A stretch of 64,000 bases of DNA from Antedon mediterranea (taxonomy: Eukaryota > Animalia > Echinodermata): the NCBI RefSeq assembly GCF_964355755.1, contig NC_092677.1:14840101-14904100 (forward strand), in the 5' to 3' direction. Shown in pieces: positions 12,601 through 25,660 of this stretch (the first letter of the stretch is position 1; each line of letters opens with the position of its first letter). Position numbers and translations under genes: made by a program. The notes under the pieces were generated by a model. The model was not told where the DNA came from. It did not search any database and saw only the letters and a list, made by a program, of their open reading frames with translations.

Positions 12601-15600
12601 CCAATTTGTATTATTTAAATTATCGATAGAATCCGGTTTTATTTTACACGTCAAAGTCACACTGTCTTCACCTTCTTTAATCGTTTGATTTTGAGTTAGA
12701 ACTAAATGATAGAAAAATAAAAAATAAGTAAGAAAAATCAGTCAGGACAGTTTCTTTAATATTGATGTGACGATAATTTTAACAGAGATTCATTAACGTT
12801 CACATCGGTGATGCTTCCTTCTCTAAAGCTCTGTCTACACTACCAAAAAGTGTGATGTGCGCAAATATGGTAGTGATATGACGTCATCGTGTCCATATAT
12901 GGGAACATCACATGTTTTGTAACATACTGTTTGATAGTGTAGATAGAGCTTAAGAGAGTAAAACGGATTTTGCTCCCATTTTAAATTTTAACAACGAAAT
13001 GCATTTGAATCATTTATCCCATACAAGTGAAAGCGGCAACACAGGCTAATCATAATCATTATTTTCACACAAAACATCATTTTCTTGATTCCATTTTCGT
13101 ATTTTATGTTTCGAATCATTGTTTCAAAGTAGTGGCTATACTTAGTTAGGTAATATTATGACATTGAATATTGCATCCAAATCTGTGACCTTTTCTCGCT
13201 TAGAATGATATATAGATAATATAATTTAAAAAAACACAAAATAAATGAATATAATGGCCTAAAATAAAACCAAATCAAGGTATATAATATAGATAAATAA
13301 CTCTTTTAAAATCAGTTTTTCTTAGACCAATTTACAGTAAGTTTCATGCATCGGTATTAACATAGGTGAATATCTAACCTTCAAGTACATGAATGTCAAC
13401 AGTATTACTGTAAATCCCATCATTTCCGTCGTAGATTTTGCTCTCAGCTCTGCATTTGTACCTGCCAGAATCATTAAAACTATCAATCCGTAGTGTAGTG
13501 GATATAATGTCGTCAACTGTCCTATTTGATTGAAACTGAGATCCATCCTTAAACCAAGTATAGTTGATAGGTGGCGGATTTCCTGGAGGTTTGTGGCACT
13601 TCAGATCAATCGTGTCCCCAATTGAACAGTAACGCCGGCTTGGTATTAATTCCGGTTCTTTTAGATCTGAAATTGGTAAAATTAAAAAATCACTATGAAT
13701 GAATGTTGCTTGCACAGCATTGATTATCAAATATAAAAATATTTAAAGTTAATTTGTTGTTTGTACACAGACAAAGCTTCCGGAAGAAAAAAACATAACA
13801 AAACACGATAATTAATAAACACATTAAAGATACAAAAAGCTACACCTACGAAACAGAAAACAATATGTACATTGAATTAATAATGTGGTTGGTTGGTTTA
13901 AAGGTACACCGCAGATAAGCAACGATACAAAACATGTGAGATGACGAGATACTATACCCTTCGTTTGTCTACACTAAAAATAATTAGCTTCCAAACTGAG
14001 CAGTTAACAAACTCGAAAAAAATGTTATGTTGTCTGCGTAGTATCGGCAACTTAATATATTTTTTGTGAATTCAAGCTTTTTGAAAACATTTAAAATCAA
14101 TAGACATAATTGCCAAATCACAAAGGGTTCAAATTATAATGAAATATTCCTATTTATATAACTGTAAAGTTTTGTCTCTTTTCAGATGTTTTCTATTTTT
14201 GCTTTTATATAAATTGAAATGGTCAAAATATAGTCACAGATTCCCATGGTTGTAATCTGTAATTAAAAAAAAACAATAAAAAAAACTCTTAGTCTGGTCA
14301 TGACCATGGTTGAATTAGTTCAAAAACTGTTAAAATGAAAAACAATAAAGAGAACATAAAACAATCGTATAATGAGTTGATGTGTACTGTTACTATCATA
14401 TAACACTAATAACACGATTATAAACCGAAACTTAGTTTACGGAAACAAATATTAAATCAAGTATCCGTGTTAGTATACTTTTAAAACAATAATGTTATTT
14501 GATTGTTTCACAGATATTGACTGTTGACAATTACAATACAAAACTATCGTTAATAGATTAATAAATGATTTGATTTGATTTGAATAGGCTAATTATATTA
14601 TTCTATTCTCAACATATTTGAGGTTAAGGTTTGTAATCAAGTTTAGGCCTACTTGAATGTTATTAATTTCGGCAATTAGCCATTTGTTTGTATACATATT
14701 CATAAAGAACAAAACATACAGGAAATAGGTCAAACATTGGAAATGCAGAGCAGAGGTACTGATTACTTCCTTTGAAGTGTACTGTTACAAGATGATTAAC
14801 ATTTTCAATAACAAGGAAATTGAGAATGAATGATCTTGACAAACATTTTACAGTATACCACATTCAATAACTTTACCATAAATAAAATTATAAAAATATT
14901 TTTAAAATATTTTTTTTATTCAACTTTATTACGTACATAGGCTATTAGGCCTATTATTAGTAGGTCTAATGGTTGTGAGAAACGGTGAAGGCAAGTCAAC
15001 TTGTTTTTAGATAATTGTTACAATAGGCTTAGAGTATCCATAACATCGGCAAGGGTTTGAGGCTCACTTTTTCCATGGTTGTGGTGGTAGGACGAGTCTT
15101 TTCGGATAAGGACTATAAACCGTAGGCACAGTGTACACATCTAGTTCATGTGCACTTTAAAGAACCTAGTACATCTTTCAAGACGAGTAGGAGGTTACCC
15201 CGGTGTACTTCTTGTACATCACAGCCAATGATTATAACTAGGCCCTCTTGGATCCCAGTCTTTGAGTGAAAAGGTCGTCCAGTATAAATAAATATTTCAA
15301 TTCAATCAAAATCCAATCGATATTAGCTAGGCCTAAAGTAGTTTTGTGTAAAAAGTATTCAGTGCATCATACCTTAAAAATTAGGAGAATCGTGCACGAG
15401 AAAACCAATTGGTCGATAGGCCTACAAGTGGATGATATTATAGTTTGGTCTTATAAATGCCCATAGCGCATGTGCGAATTAAAAAAATGGGGTTTTAGAG
15501 TTGCACTTTAGGCATTTCCGTGGTCCACATCCATCTGTACTTAAACCTTGATTTATTGATGACAATCATATTATTAAATCATCTTGGCGACACTCATGGT

Positions 15601-17592
15601 TGACCGTGTGTATAGTTTGGCTTTCTTGATATCTAATTTAATTCCATACAATATTGTAGGCTTACTTACATGCTACTGATAAGTTGACTAAAGTTGAATT
15701 CATGGTTAAATTTGAATCCAGAATAATCTGACACATGTAGGAACCTTCATCATCAGTATTGACATTTAGTATACTGAACTGATTATCAGTACCAATTTCG
15801 CTGTCATTTTCCCTCATCACCAAATCCCCATTAACCTCTATCTCATAAAGGATTACTGTCCCATTTGACATGTCAGTTGTTCTGCAATTGAAAGTCACGT
15901 TTTCACCAGTCCGAACAGCACCTTCATGGTTCAATGTCAGGTTTACATCTGTGAACAAAAAAATGACAAGTTGTTCTTAATCAATATTGTACCATATACA
16001 GCAAAACAGATACTTGGTTGTTTTATCATGTTTAGACATAGGGATTGTTTTAACACAATACCAACATATTATCTATACTCTATTAATATATTGACCTCAG
16101 CACTCAGACTGTGTAATATCATTTAAATAGCCATTCTTTATCATATGTGCAAACTAGTAAGCTGTCCCCAGAATAGACTTTTTTTGATTTTGAGTAAGAA
16201 AATATCGCGTGAAAAGTAATTAAGCAAGTTAAGACAGCAAAAGATAAGCACTTAAGATAACAATTTGAAGGAAAATACACGATAAAAGATTAGTTTATAC
16301 AATAGGATGACACGGAAAGTTTAGTAACTATAAATTCAAAGGCAGTTTACTGAAAACAAATATCAGTGCCATGAATGTAAGATTTTAAATCGTGATTTGT
16401 TATCGTTAAATTGTTATTGTTTTGAATAAATATTAAAAATGGAATAACCTGCATACAAAAGAAGAACCATACTGTCAATAACAGCAACTCTGTACTTCCG
16501 ATAGGCCCACTGACAAATTAGTAACATTTCCAAGAACGTTGAACCATGGAGGAATTATTTCAATTCATCCATGGTTATTAGACAAACTTCCTGTTTCTGG
16601 TGTTTTATTTATGATCCTTTAAAAGTACGCAATCTACAATTTCCTCCCGATTGTTAAAAAAAATAAAGGTGTTTGTAGTCGGTTCTTTTGTACAGAGTGT
16701 TCCAAATGCATTTTACCGTATACCGTATGTATAATTTCAGTTTAACTTAAAGATTTTAAAACTCACGATATAAACGCACGGACGCAATTCGAGAGGGAAT
16801 ATCAGAAGTGCCCGAGTTAAAAAAGAAAGAAATATAAAACATCAACAAAACATTATTTTTCAAGCATTATTGAGTCTCTAGCCCGTATGGAAAACTCGGA
16901 AGAAAGAATAGTGTACACTTTGACTCTACGTAGTAGATAGGCTTACACATCTATCTCCATTCCCCTCCTAACACACAGCGTATTGAGGATACTATATACG
17001 ATGATAATACACACACATATATATATATATATTTACTACATACTTAACCATAGATAACATTCCTGTCAGGCATGTAGGCTGTAGACCGGTAATTAATATT
17101 GTGTCTAAGCAAGAGGCCTAAGCCAGTTTCGAAATAGATTTTCGATTTTTGTATGTTTATGTTGTTATATGCCTACTTGTTGAGTGTACCTGTTAACATG
17201 ATGCCACATGAACCGTCTTAAAGTATTTACCCAGTTTAACATCGACTACTACAACAATACTTCGAATTTATTGATCCAATCAAAAGATGAATCAAAACTC
17301 AACAAGTAAGAAACATTTCATACTTCAGAATCATGATATTTTGTATGAATACAAAACACGTTCTTTAGATACCGTAGCTATTATTCAGACACATGCAAAC
17401 TAATACTTAATGTATGTACTGTACGTAAACCTAACGGACGTGAGCCTATACATGTCCTTGAGTTGAACCTCTATGAAGACGCTAATATTGCTGTTAAGAA
17501 AATAACAAATCTATTTAAACCTACTTACCATTTGCAAACACCGAATGAAACACAAATAGAGCAAACATGACTTTTAGGTGTAACACACCCAT
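3665..17592 (-). CDS. Multi-exon Ig-superfamily membrane protein: signal peptide - 4 Ig - Ser/Thr stalk (4 exons) - TM - 2 Ig - acidic disordered tail
   Basis: In-frame GT-AG exons: 17592-17529 (MGVLHLKVMFALFVFHSVFAN); Ig 15948-15670, 13666-13379, 12701-12438, 12309-11992 (C...W...YxC, mostly DxGxYxC); stalk 11469-11386, 10887-10807, 10688-10608, 10489-10409; TM 9722-9624; Ig 9200-9012 + 7811-7662; Ig 5351-5023; last exon 4702-3665 ending EEVDISIV*. All intron phases are compatible. Confidence 0.8.
5869..7159 (+). CDS. Calcium-activated potassium (BK) channel beta-subunit-like protein (CaKB/KCNMB family), two coding exons, nested in an intron of the Ig gene
   Basis: Exon 1 ends GAG|gtaaga at 6174; exon 2 starts ttccag|TGC at 6890 (phase 0). 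Two hydrophobic segments flank a Cys-rich loop with family motifs ECTV, CLKIFV, LFFSE...CSFSEC, FRCFYHP and VLSRK. AATAAA at 7195. Start could be 5806, 5869 or 5893. Confidence 0.75.
6430..6780. mobile_element. MITE (non-autonomous DNA transposon) in the BK-beta intron
   Basis: Inverted termini actaggacagtaacgatcgacgata / tatcgtcgatcgttatcgtcctagt; same family as the element at 54148-54996. Confidence 0.65.
8394..8686. repeat. Minisatellite, 29-bp unit x10 (aacaaccatgtattggtaccaacggtgtt)
   Basis: Identical head-to-tail copies; internal palindromes ttggtaccaa and gttaac. Confidence 0.95.
10347..10940 (-). repeat. 199-bp tandem repeat x3, each unit containing one 81-bp stalk exon
   Basis: Near-identical units at 199-bp spacing, each with acceptor ttacag, ESTTAANTRPTFNDN.. 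peptide and donor G|gtatc. Confidence 0.9.
12826..12951. mobile_element. Short palindromic MITE
   Basis: TIRs aagctctgtctacacta / tagtgtagatagagctt, internal inverted gtgatgt..atatgg / ccatat..acatcac. Confidence 0.6.
15033..15295 (+). mobile_element. Dispersed SINE-like repeat (copy 1)
   Basis: About 260 bp similar to 56235-56490, ends in an A-rich aataaata tail. Confidence 0.6.
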
Positions 17593-17714
17593 TCTCTTGG
17601 GACGAGTCTCTCGAGACGAAAACACCTTAGAATCTTCTCTAGCTGTTTTTTAGGCCAGTGTGCACATACTCCAGAAGGATACCAATGGCTTAATCTGTTT
17701 AATATGTCACTACT

Positions 17715-17742
17715 AACTAGTTTCCGCGAACAACTTCCGCAA
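17715..17742 (-). promoter_or_regulatory. Candidate ETS + E2F composite promoter motif (CGGAAGT..CGCGGAAA) upstream of the Ig receptor leader exon
   Basis: The same motif recurs upstream of all four leader exons (also ~41225, ~42692, ~48032). Confidence 0.45.
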
Positions 17743-18913
17743 AAAAACGTCATATCATTTTCATTGTGTTTCGAAATCGAAACATGCAGCGGCATGTATA
17801 TCAAGATGTGATTAAATTCAGAACTAATGTGCAATTTATTATACAAAATAATGATTGCTTATCAGTTGAAAGGTTGACTATTTAACAAGTCAATTTTTCA
17901 ACGATTTAAATATTCTGTCCATTCAACAGATAATAAACTTTCATTATCAAGCCTATACACAACTACCCAACGTATTTTTAAAAAAGTTTTATACAATTAA
18001 TAATTCCCTGCTTCCATCTTGGGAATTAGGAGCACTGCAGGCTGGTTTTCGAACATGGCATCGCGCGAAACAACATTTAAAACAGACCTCAGCGTGTAAT
18101 AGTATATAATAATTAAACATCACGATTAAAGACAATTCTCTTTAAGTAGAACGTTGCCACGTGGTACAAAATTAACCAATTAGTCCAGTCAATCTAATGA
18201 TATACCCACCACAAATTGCAATAGTAACAAAGCTAGTATTTTTTAATTCGATATAATTTGTAGAACGACATACTAAAAGTCACCGAAAATCCAAGCATTG
18301 GGTCAAGGGGTCAGAGGTCAATAAAGGTCATTTTAAGTCAAAATTAATATGCCCCATTAATTACATATATTTAACCATTTAAAATACATTATATACAAGT
18401 GGGATTTATGTCATCCGAAAGCTTATTAAATTTCCTATTCAGTGATATCAAACTTATAGTCATAACATTTTATTTAGAATGTCAATTTTGCGGAAAAACA
18501 CAACATAATGTGTCAATTTTGGCTAAAAATGTTGTTTTCGCTGTAAACAACAATGGTATACACACAGGGATTCCCTGGGGTGAACATTTCAGTCCAACGC
18601 GATACACATGACCAGTTCAAGATGCAGATGAGTGACATCTCCGTTTCTGTTGCTTCTGGATGATCTACATTCCATTTTTTCCAGTTGGCATTTGTGTTGC
18701 CATGGTTACAGTATTTATATTGGAATGTATAAGTATTTTTTAACCAGTAGAAATACAAAGATATTCAACAGCAGTTTGACAATGACCTCCATGTTGTATG
18801 ACGTTCGGACCATCTGGGCTGGATTGTCAACAGACCTGCAGGTGATTGAAAAAGTTTCTATGAGAAGCCTCAAAGAAAACAAGAGGTTTGACAAGAAAAT
18901 ATAGGAATGCGTA

Positions 18914-21900
18914 CATCCAGACCATGAAGAAAGAGCCGGTTATAAGGGACATATTTCCTTAACCGGTAGTACTGACTGGACAAGTCAACAACAAAACAGG
19001 TATTTTTTGCTTAGTAATGAATATAACAATGAACATAAGTGTAATATCTCAAGAGAAAGTTCTGTTATAAACCAAAGTAATGAAAAAGTTAAATCAAGTA
19101 AAAGACATAGACGTGGTAAAAAGAAAAGTCGTAATGATAAGAATAATGAATGTTCTAACATTAAGATTGCATTTAATAACGTAAACAGGGTAAAATCTAA
19201 GATCTATGAGATTGATCATTTCTTAAAAGACAATAGTATCCAAATATTAGGTTTAGCTGAAACATTTCTACAAAATGATCAAACAATTGACATTAACAGC
19301 TATAAATGGATTGGCAAAAATAGAAAATCTAAAAATGGGGGTGGTATAGGTTTTCTAATATCGGAGGCGATTACAATCATGGATGATAATTATTTCGACC
19401 CGCACGATGATTATGAAAGACTATGGATAAAAGTTAAGTTAAACAATAATATTATATATATAGCAGTAGCTTACTTTCCTGTCGAAGGAACTGATGCTTG
19501 TCTCTCTGATGAATTATATAATCAACTCCTATCAGAAATTTTACAAATTGAAAATGAAAAAGCTGCACACATTTTAATTATGGGAGACTTTAACGCCAGA
19601 ATTGGTAATGCAATCCCATATGGAGACCCTGTTCTTAATACGAATGGCAAACGTTTTCTTAATTTTTGTGAAAATTCGGCACTTACAGTTCTCAACTGTA
19701 CAAAACTATGCCACGGAAAGACAACATGGATGAGGAATAATCAATCCTCAACCATTGATTATATGTTAACCTCAGACGACCTAATAGAATATGTAGAAAC
19801 ATTTATTGTGGATGAAGACCACCGCTTTCATTTAGGCAGTGATCACAATACATTAATAACAAATTTTAAACAAAGCTTTGGTCAATTAAATAAAAAGAAA
19901 AAGAATAAAACTCCACAAATATTTGGAATATTTTACCACATCAAGACTGGTCCAATTACCAAAAAGAATTAAAAGATACTTTTGAAGAATGGAACGCCAA
20001 TGAATTTGACTGCCCAAATATGCTATGGTCCTCATGGCGATCAAAATTACTACAAGCAGCAAATAAAACAATAGGATTCAAAAATAAGAAATGTAAACAC
20101 AAACGATGGTGGGACTCAAACATTGATCATTTGATCAAAGATAGAAAAGCTGCCAGTAAAGAACACCGACATTGGGTGAAGAGTAATAAAAACACAGTAC
20201 ATGGCAACGAGCTATGGCAAAATTACCAACATAAAAGGAAAGCTGTCAAACACGCAATCAACAAGAAAATAATGCAAGTTCGCATTGATAAAAGCGCACA
20301 AATCTCAGAAAACGGTGGAGTAAGCAGTAAGAATTTTTGGACAAACTTACGAGGTTGTAACCGCAAAAAAGTTGAAACTACTTCAATTAAACTGCCTAAC
20401 TCTGATAAGACAACAACAGATAAATGTAAAATAAAAGAGACAATATGTCAATATTGGAAGACATTAGGACAAAGTAACTTAGGTACTCACGATTATTCAA
20501 TTAAACAAACAAAAGAAGAAATAAACAATCTAAGAAATAAAAGTGATGAATGTAATATCGGAACTCAAAATTCCCCTCAGCTTTGCAATATATATATCTC
20601 TATGTTAGATATTAAATGGGCTTTAGGCCAATGTAAAAATCACAAAGCACCTGGCATTGATTCCATTCCTAATGAACTTCTCAAATTTGGAGGAGATAAA
20701 CTTATCCAATCTCTCTCTCAACTATTTAATCGCCTGTTAGAACTTCAAACTATCCCCGATGAATGGAACAAAGGTATAATAATCCCGGTTCACAAGAAAG
20801 GTCCAAAAAATGACTTAAACAATTATAGAGGTATAACTCTCAACTCATGTGTGTCCAAGGTATTCACGCGTATTATATCTAATAATATCTCAAAGTTTCT
20901 TGAAAGCAACAACATATTGTCTGAAATCCAAGGTGGATTCAGAAAAGACCATCGCTGTGATGATCATATTTTCACACTTAAATGTATAGCCTCAACCAGA
21001 CAGGCAGAGGGTAAAAATACATATATGGCTTTTCTTGATTTTCGAAAGGCCTTCGATACTGTATGGAGAGACAAATTGTTAACCACAGCATGGGATATTG
21101 GTATTAAAGGAAATGTATGGAAAATGTTATTTAATATATATAATAATGTTCACTGTAAAGTAAAATTTGGAGAAATCGAAACAGAATATTTCGAAATTGA
21201 AGAAGGTGTTAAACAAGGTTATGCATTATCACCTATTTTATTTTGTATATACATAAATGAATTTGCCAAACTTCTAAGGGAAAACAAAATGGGCATAGAA
21301 ATATGTAATGTTCAATTAAGTGGTCTATTCTGGGCAGATGATGTTGTTCTGCTAGCTAACGATGAAAGGGAGTTACAAGAAATGCTTGATCTAGCTACAA
21401 AATTTAGTAATGACTACAAATTAAAATTCAACTATGAGAAATCCAATGTTTTAATTACTGGAAAAAGAACAGACAAACAGAGATTATGGCCATTAAGTGA
21501 TCATTATATTTCAGAAGTTAATAGTTACAAATATTTAGGATCCCATATTACAAGATCTCTTTCCGATCACTGTCATATTGAAGAGGTTATTAAGAAGGGA
21601 TATAGAATTATAGCGTATATAAAGTCAATTATTAATGATCAAGATGATTATAACAGAGTGTTTTATGGAGATTTGTTGTGGAAGACTCTGGGTCTTCCTT
21701 CAATTAACTATGCGTGCTCTACATATGTCTGTGGTGGTATAAGTGATATTCAAAATCTTGAAAAATTACAAACCCAAATGGCAAAGGCAATACTCAAAGC
21801 ACCACGTACAACTTGTAAGGAAGCTTTGTACGGTGATCTAGGTTGGAAGTCTATTTCAACTATTCAAGACATGCAACGAATTTACTTCTTAAATCGTTTA

Positions 21901-22907
21901 GTAAAGATGGATATGAGTCGATGGCCCAAATTGGCTTTTAGTGCAATGCTATTCATTGGTCATACGTCTACATTTAAGTGGAAATGGTACAACCATATGC
22001 AAAATACTCTAGACTCGTGTGGAATGAGCCACAGGTTTAAATTAACGACAGATACTAACAATCAATGGGTAATCATTTCAAAAAGTATAATTAAAAGTAT
22101 TGATGGTATCCAAATTTTTGATCAAGCCAGAAAGAAAACTTCATTGATGAATTATGTCACACTTAAATCCACACCATATATAGAACCGTATCTTTTAGAT
22201 AAATTGGATTTCTTAGGGGCAAGTCTTAAATTTAAGGCAAGATCAAATACACTTGCACTTAACCTTAAGAAATCTATATGGGAAGAAGATAATGATGGTA
22301 CATGTCCTATATGTAAAAATGATAAAGAAGACATTATACATTTTATGTTCAAATGCAAATATTTTGATGATCTACGCTCAACGGAATATTGTAAACTTGA
22401 GCATAACCTATATAATAGTAATCTATATACATTCTGGTTGTACTTTCTACTAGGTAACCCAGTATTAAAACTAAAACTAACCCTAGGAAGTGACACTAGC
22501 CTTCCTACTGGGACGCAACCAGTAATTGTTAATAAAGTAAATGAAATATTTGACATGTTTTGCAAAAGCTATATAAAACAAGCATGGGCTTCACGTACCA
22601 AAATGTTAAAGATTTAAATACCAGTCTGGTACTACTAATGTATAACTGTAAATAGAGTAACGAAATAAAGAATTTTTTTAGTTAAGTATAGTATACTTAA
22701 GTTTTTTTTGTGAATGTGAATGTATTTATATATATATTATTTTGTATCATGTATTAATAATTATTGTTATCACTAAACTGTAGTAGTCTGGTACTACTAA
22801 TGTATAACTATAAATACAGTAATGATTAACAGGCTATACCTTACATTAAATATATTTACTTACCAACGTTTTCTTTTGGCTTTTTTAGTTAAGTATAGTA
22901 GTATAGT

Positions 22908-22943
<36 letters not shown>

Positions 22944-23324
22944 CGTATTAACTTATGATTTTATGTGAATGTATTTTTTATATATTATTTTGTATCACTA
23001 TGTATAATTGTTATTACTATACTGTATATGAAACCATTTCAATATTAACTATCATGATAATTTTAATATCCTCATCAACAAATATTTTTGTTACTACTTC
23101 CTCTTTATGTATATATATATAAATATATTTAACTAAAATGTATCAACTCATGTCAGACAAATATTGCTACAGTATAGAGTACTAATTTTAATTCAAATTA
23201 GCTTAAGTATCCGTATCCGTCATTTTATGTTAATTGTGTTCAATATGGATGCACCACTTCCTGTGTGTGCCACCGATGTAAAGGTGCAATTTCCAAATAA
23301 ATTGATTGATTGATTGATTGATTG
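18914..23324 (+). mobile_element. Non-LTR retrotransposon (RTEX-like), ORF2 nearly intact, (TTGA)n tail
   Basis: Interrupts Academ coding sequence; ends aataaa(ttga)6; 3' UTR has an internal duplication (22623/22785). Confidence 0.85.
19007..22617 (+). CDS. LINE ORF2: AP endonuclease + reverse transcriptase + C-terminal Zn finger, one frameshift near 19900
   Basis: APE motifs LAETF, GDFNA, IDY and SDH; RT motifs KAPGID, YRGITL, DFRKAFD, QG..LSP, WADD and YLG; CPICKNDKEDIIHFMFKC. Confidence 0.9.
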
Positions 23325-25029
23325 TATGTAATGCCTTGTAATAGTACCAGGGCGTTACTCCAGAGCAGCAGCGGCCAACATAAGACCTTATGGCCACACG
23401 TCAGGAACACAATGGCAATTGAAAAATCCATTTGGTTACGACTCAGAGACTTCATACCATTGACACGGGAGTTACTGCAGGTGACTCGGAATATTAGCAA
23501 TGTGGTATTAAGCATTGAATATTTTGGCCAGAAAGTCTTCCAATGTATTCAAGATCCTGGCAATAAAGTCATATGTGTGCATCAATCCTACAGTTCCAGA
23601 GGAGACTCGAGGTGACTTTGTTATCCACCACCACTTTTTGAAACTACCAACTTACAATACTTTCAGCTAATAAACCAACATGATGCCACGTGGAAACAAC
23701 TTCTTCTGAAAAGTCTAATACATCCAACTCACTGAATGATGTCCAGTAGGCCTACATTTTAGATGGTAGTGCTCTACTGCACAGCATTCATATGGAATAG
23801 TGTAGAGATCTGTAAAAAATATTGCTCTGCATAGTCTTTGATAATTATGAAAGCGGCTCGTCCACCAAAGACGGCGCACATGGTAAGGCGGGTCAGGTGG
23901 TAGTGTCCCTGTACATTTTACCAGTGACATGTTCCACAAAATAGGATCACTTTCTGTAACAAACAACAATTTATAAATCTTCGTAACTAGTATTTGAACA
24001 ACATGGCAATGAGTGAATGCAGCTGCTGATGCAGATGTTCTTTCGGATAGTACAAAAAACCATTGAATCAGCAAACAGGAAAACAGATGTCATTATCCGA
24101 TGACACGGATCTACTAGTGCTCCTCTGCAGTCAAGCATTTAAAACATCTTGTGATATTCTTTAGACTGGAGCTGAGATGCTGGACTATCAAACTGGTTCA
24201 AACAGTACATTTGAGAGACATCTGTGATAACCTTCTGTTTGCTCATGCGATACTGGTGACACAACATCCAGAGTTTTCTGAATTGGAAAACAAGTGGCTC
24301 TAAAAAAAGCTTGTCATTGCACTTATTTCTGACATTATGCTGTAGACTTCAAATGCAAACAAGCTACAAAGGATGACATTGTGGTTGCTAGAGAAAATGG
24401 TTTAGTGCGTCTGTACAATGGACTACCTGGACAACGTGGAATGCCTTTGACTCCATCCCATCTACAAGTACAACCTCGCATATCGCCAACTTCATAATCG
24501 TACCACAACCAAGGTACTTAACATCAGGTTCAAGTTCAAGTTATCTTTTAGCAATGGAGTGGGGTTGATATGTGTACCGAGGATTGGGGATGGAAGATCA
24601 GATGATGGAAACATGGTTCCTCTACACACAGACTTAAAGCCAGAGCCTGAGTATCTCCTTGAAGCATTCAGGGGTAACTAGAACTACATGTGGTGAATGC
24701 AATGGCATTGCACTGTACTAATACCCGAACAAGAAAGTGATACTGATGACATATAAGTTGTGAGTGCTTTTCTATTTGAAGGATTAAACAATATCATCCC
24801 ACACGGAGCAATTCAAATAAAAAGGTCTGGATTAAAATGATCTTACAAAATATACAAAAATATCACAATATACAGTACAATATAACAAGAGTCAAAGTTC
24901 AAGAATTTAAGAGTCGGATGGCAACTGGCAAAAACAATTTCTTTTCCAGTTTGTTCTACACGCCGGGCATTGAAAGCGACGCCCATGAGGCATGAGCTCG
25001 AAATCACTGAACAAGGCATGGTTAACATT

Positions 25030-25660
25030 TTTTAGAATAGCTCTACTTTTTTTCTAGAGTTTGCATGTCACAGAAGGAAGACAAGCTACGAAGTTGACAA
25101 CCTATTAATTTAGAACTTAAGTTAACAACTTTGTAGTGAGTTTCTCTCTTTGACCCTAAGACTAAAAAACCAGCATATAAAGGAAAAAAGTTAAAACGTT
25201 CTCAATAAAGGAATTATAAAAAACCATGAGAATTACTTTATTGACATTAAAATGGTTCAGCTTCCTTAACAGATAAAGTCTCTGGTGTCCTTTCTTTACT
25301 ATTGCCTCTGTATTTAATTCCCAGCTGAGATTGTCCTCAAATATAGTACCTAGGTATTTAAAGGAATGGACAATATCGCTGGTTCGTCATTTGTGGGGGA
25401 TACCAGAGGGCTGCGTCCTTTCTCCTTCCTAAAATCTACAATTATCTCCTTGGTTTTGGTGACATTGAGTTCCAAGTAGGAGTTTCCACAAAATTGGATA
25501 AAACCATCTAATGCGGAACCATGACCGTCCTGTGAATTTTGAAGGAGAGACAGCAAGACAGTGTCGTTAGCAAATTTGAAAAGATTGTCCTGTTTGCTCC
25601 GACAGTCATCCGTGTATATAATATACAAGAGAGGAGAGAAGACGCAACCCTGCGAAGATA
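25030..25660 (-). mobile_element. Rex1/Babar-like LINE RT fragment inside Academ
   Basis: QGCVFSPLLYIIYTDDC, FANDT, LNVTKTKEIIVDFRK, then FKYLGTIFEDNLSW after a frameshift. Confidence 0.75.

Noticed and set aside
16449-16530. Alternative leader or internal exon for the Ig receptor
   Set aside because: Weak donor and an in-frame stop when spliced from exon 1; the 17592-17529 exon is a better signal peptide
22152-22565. Antisense ORFs within LINEs (also 31723-32133)
   Set aside because: Shadows of RT coding sequence
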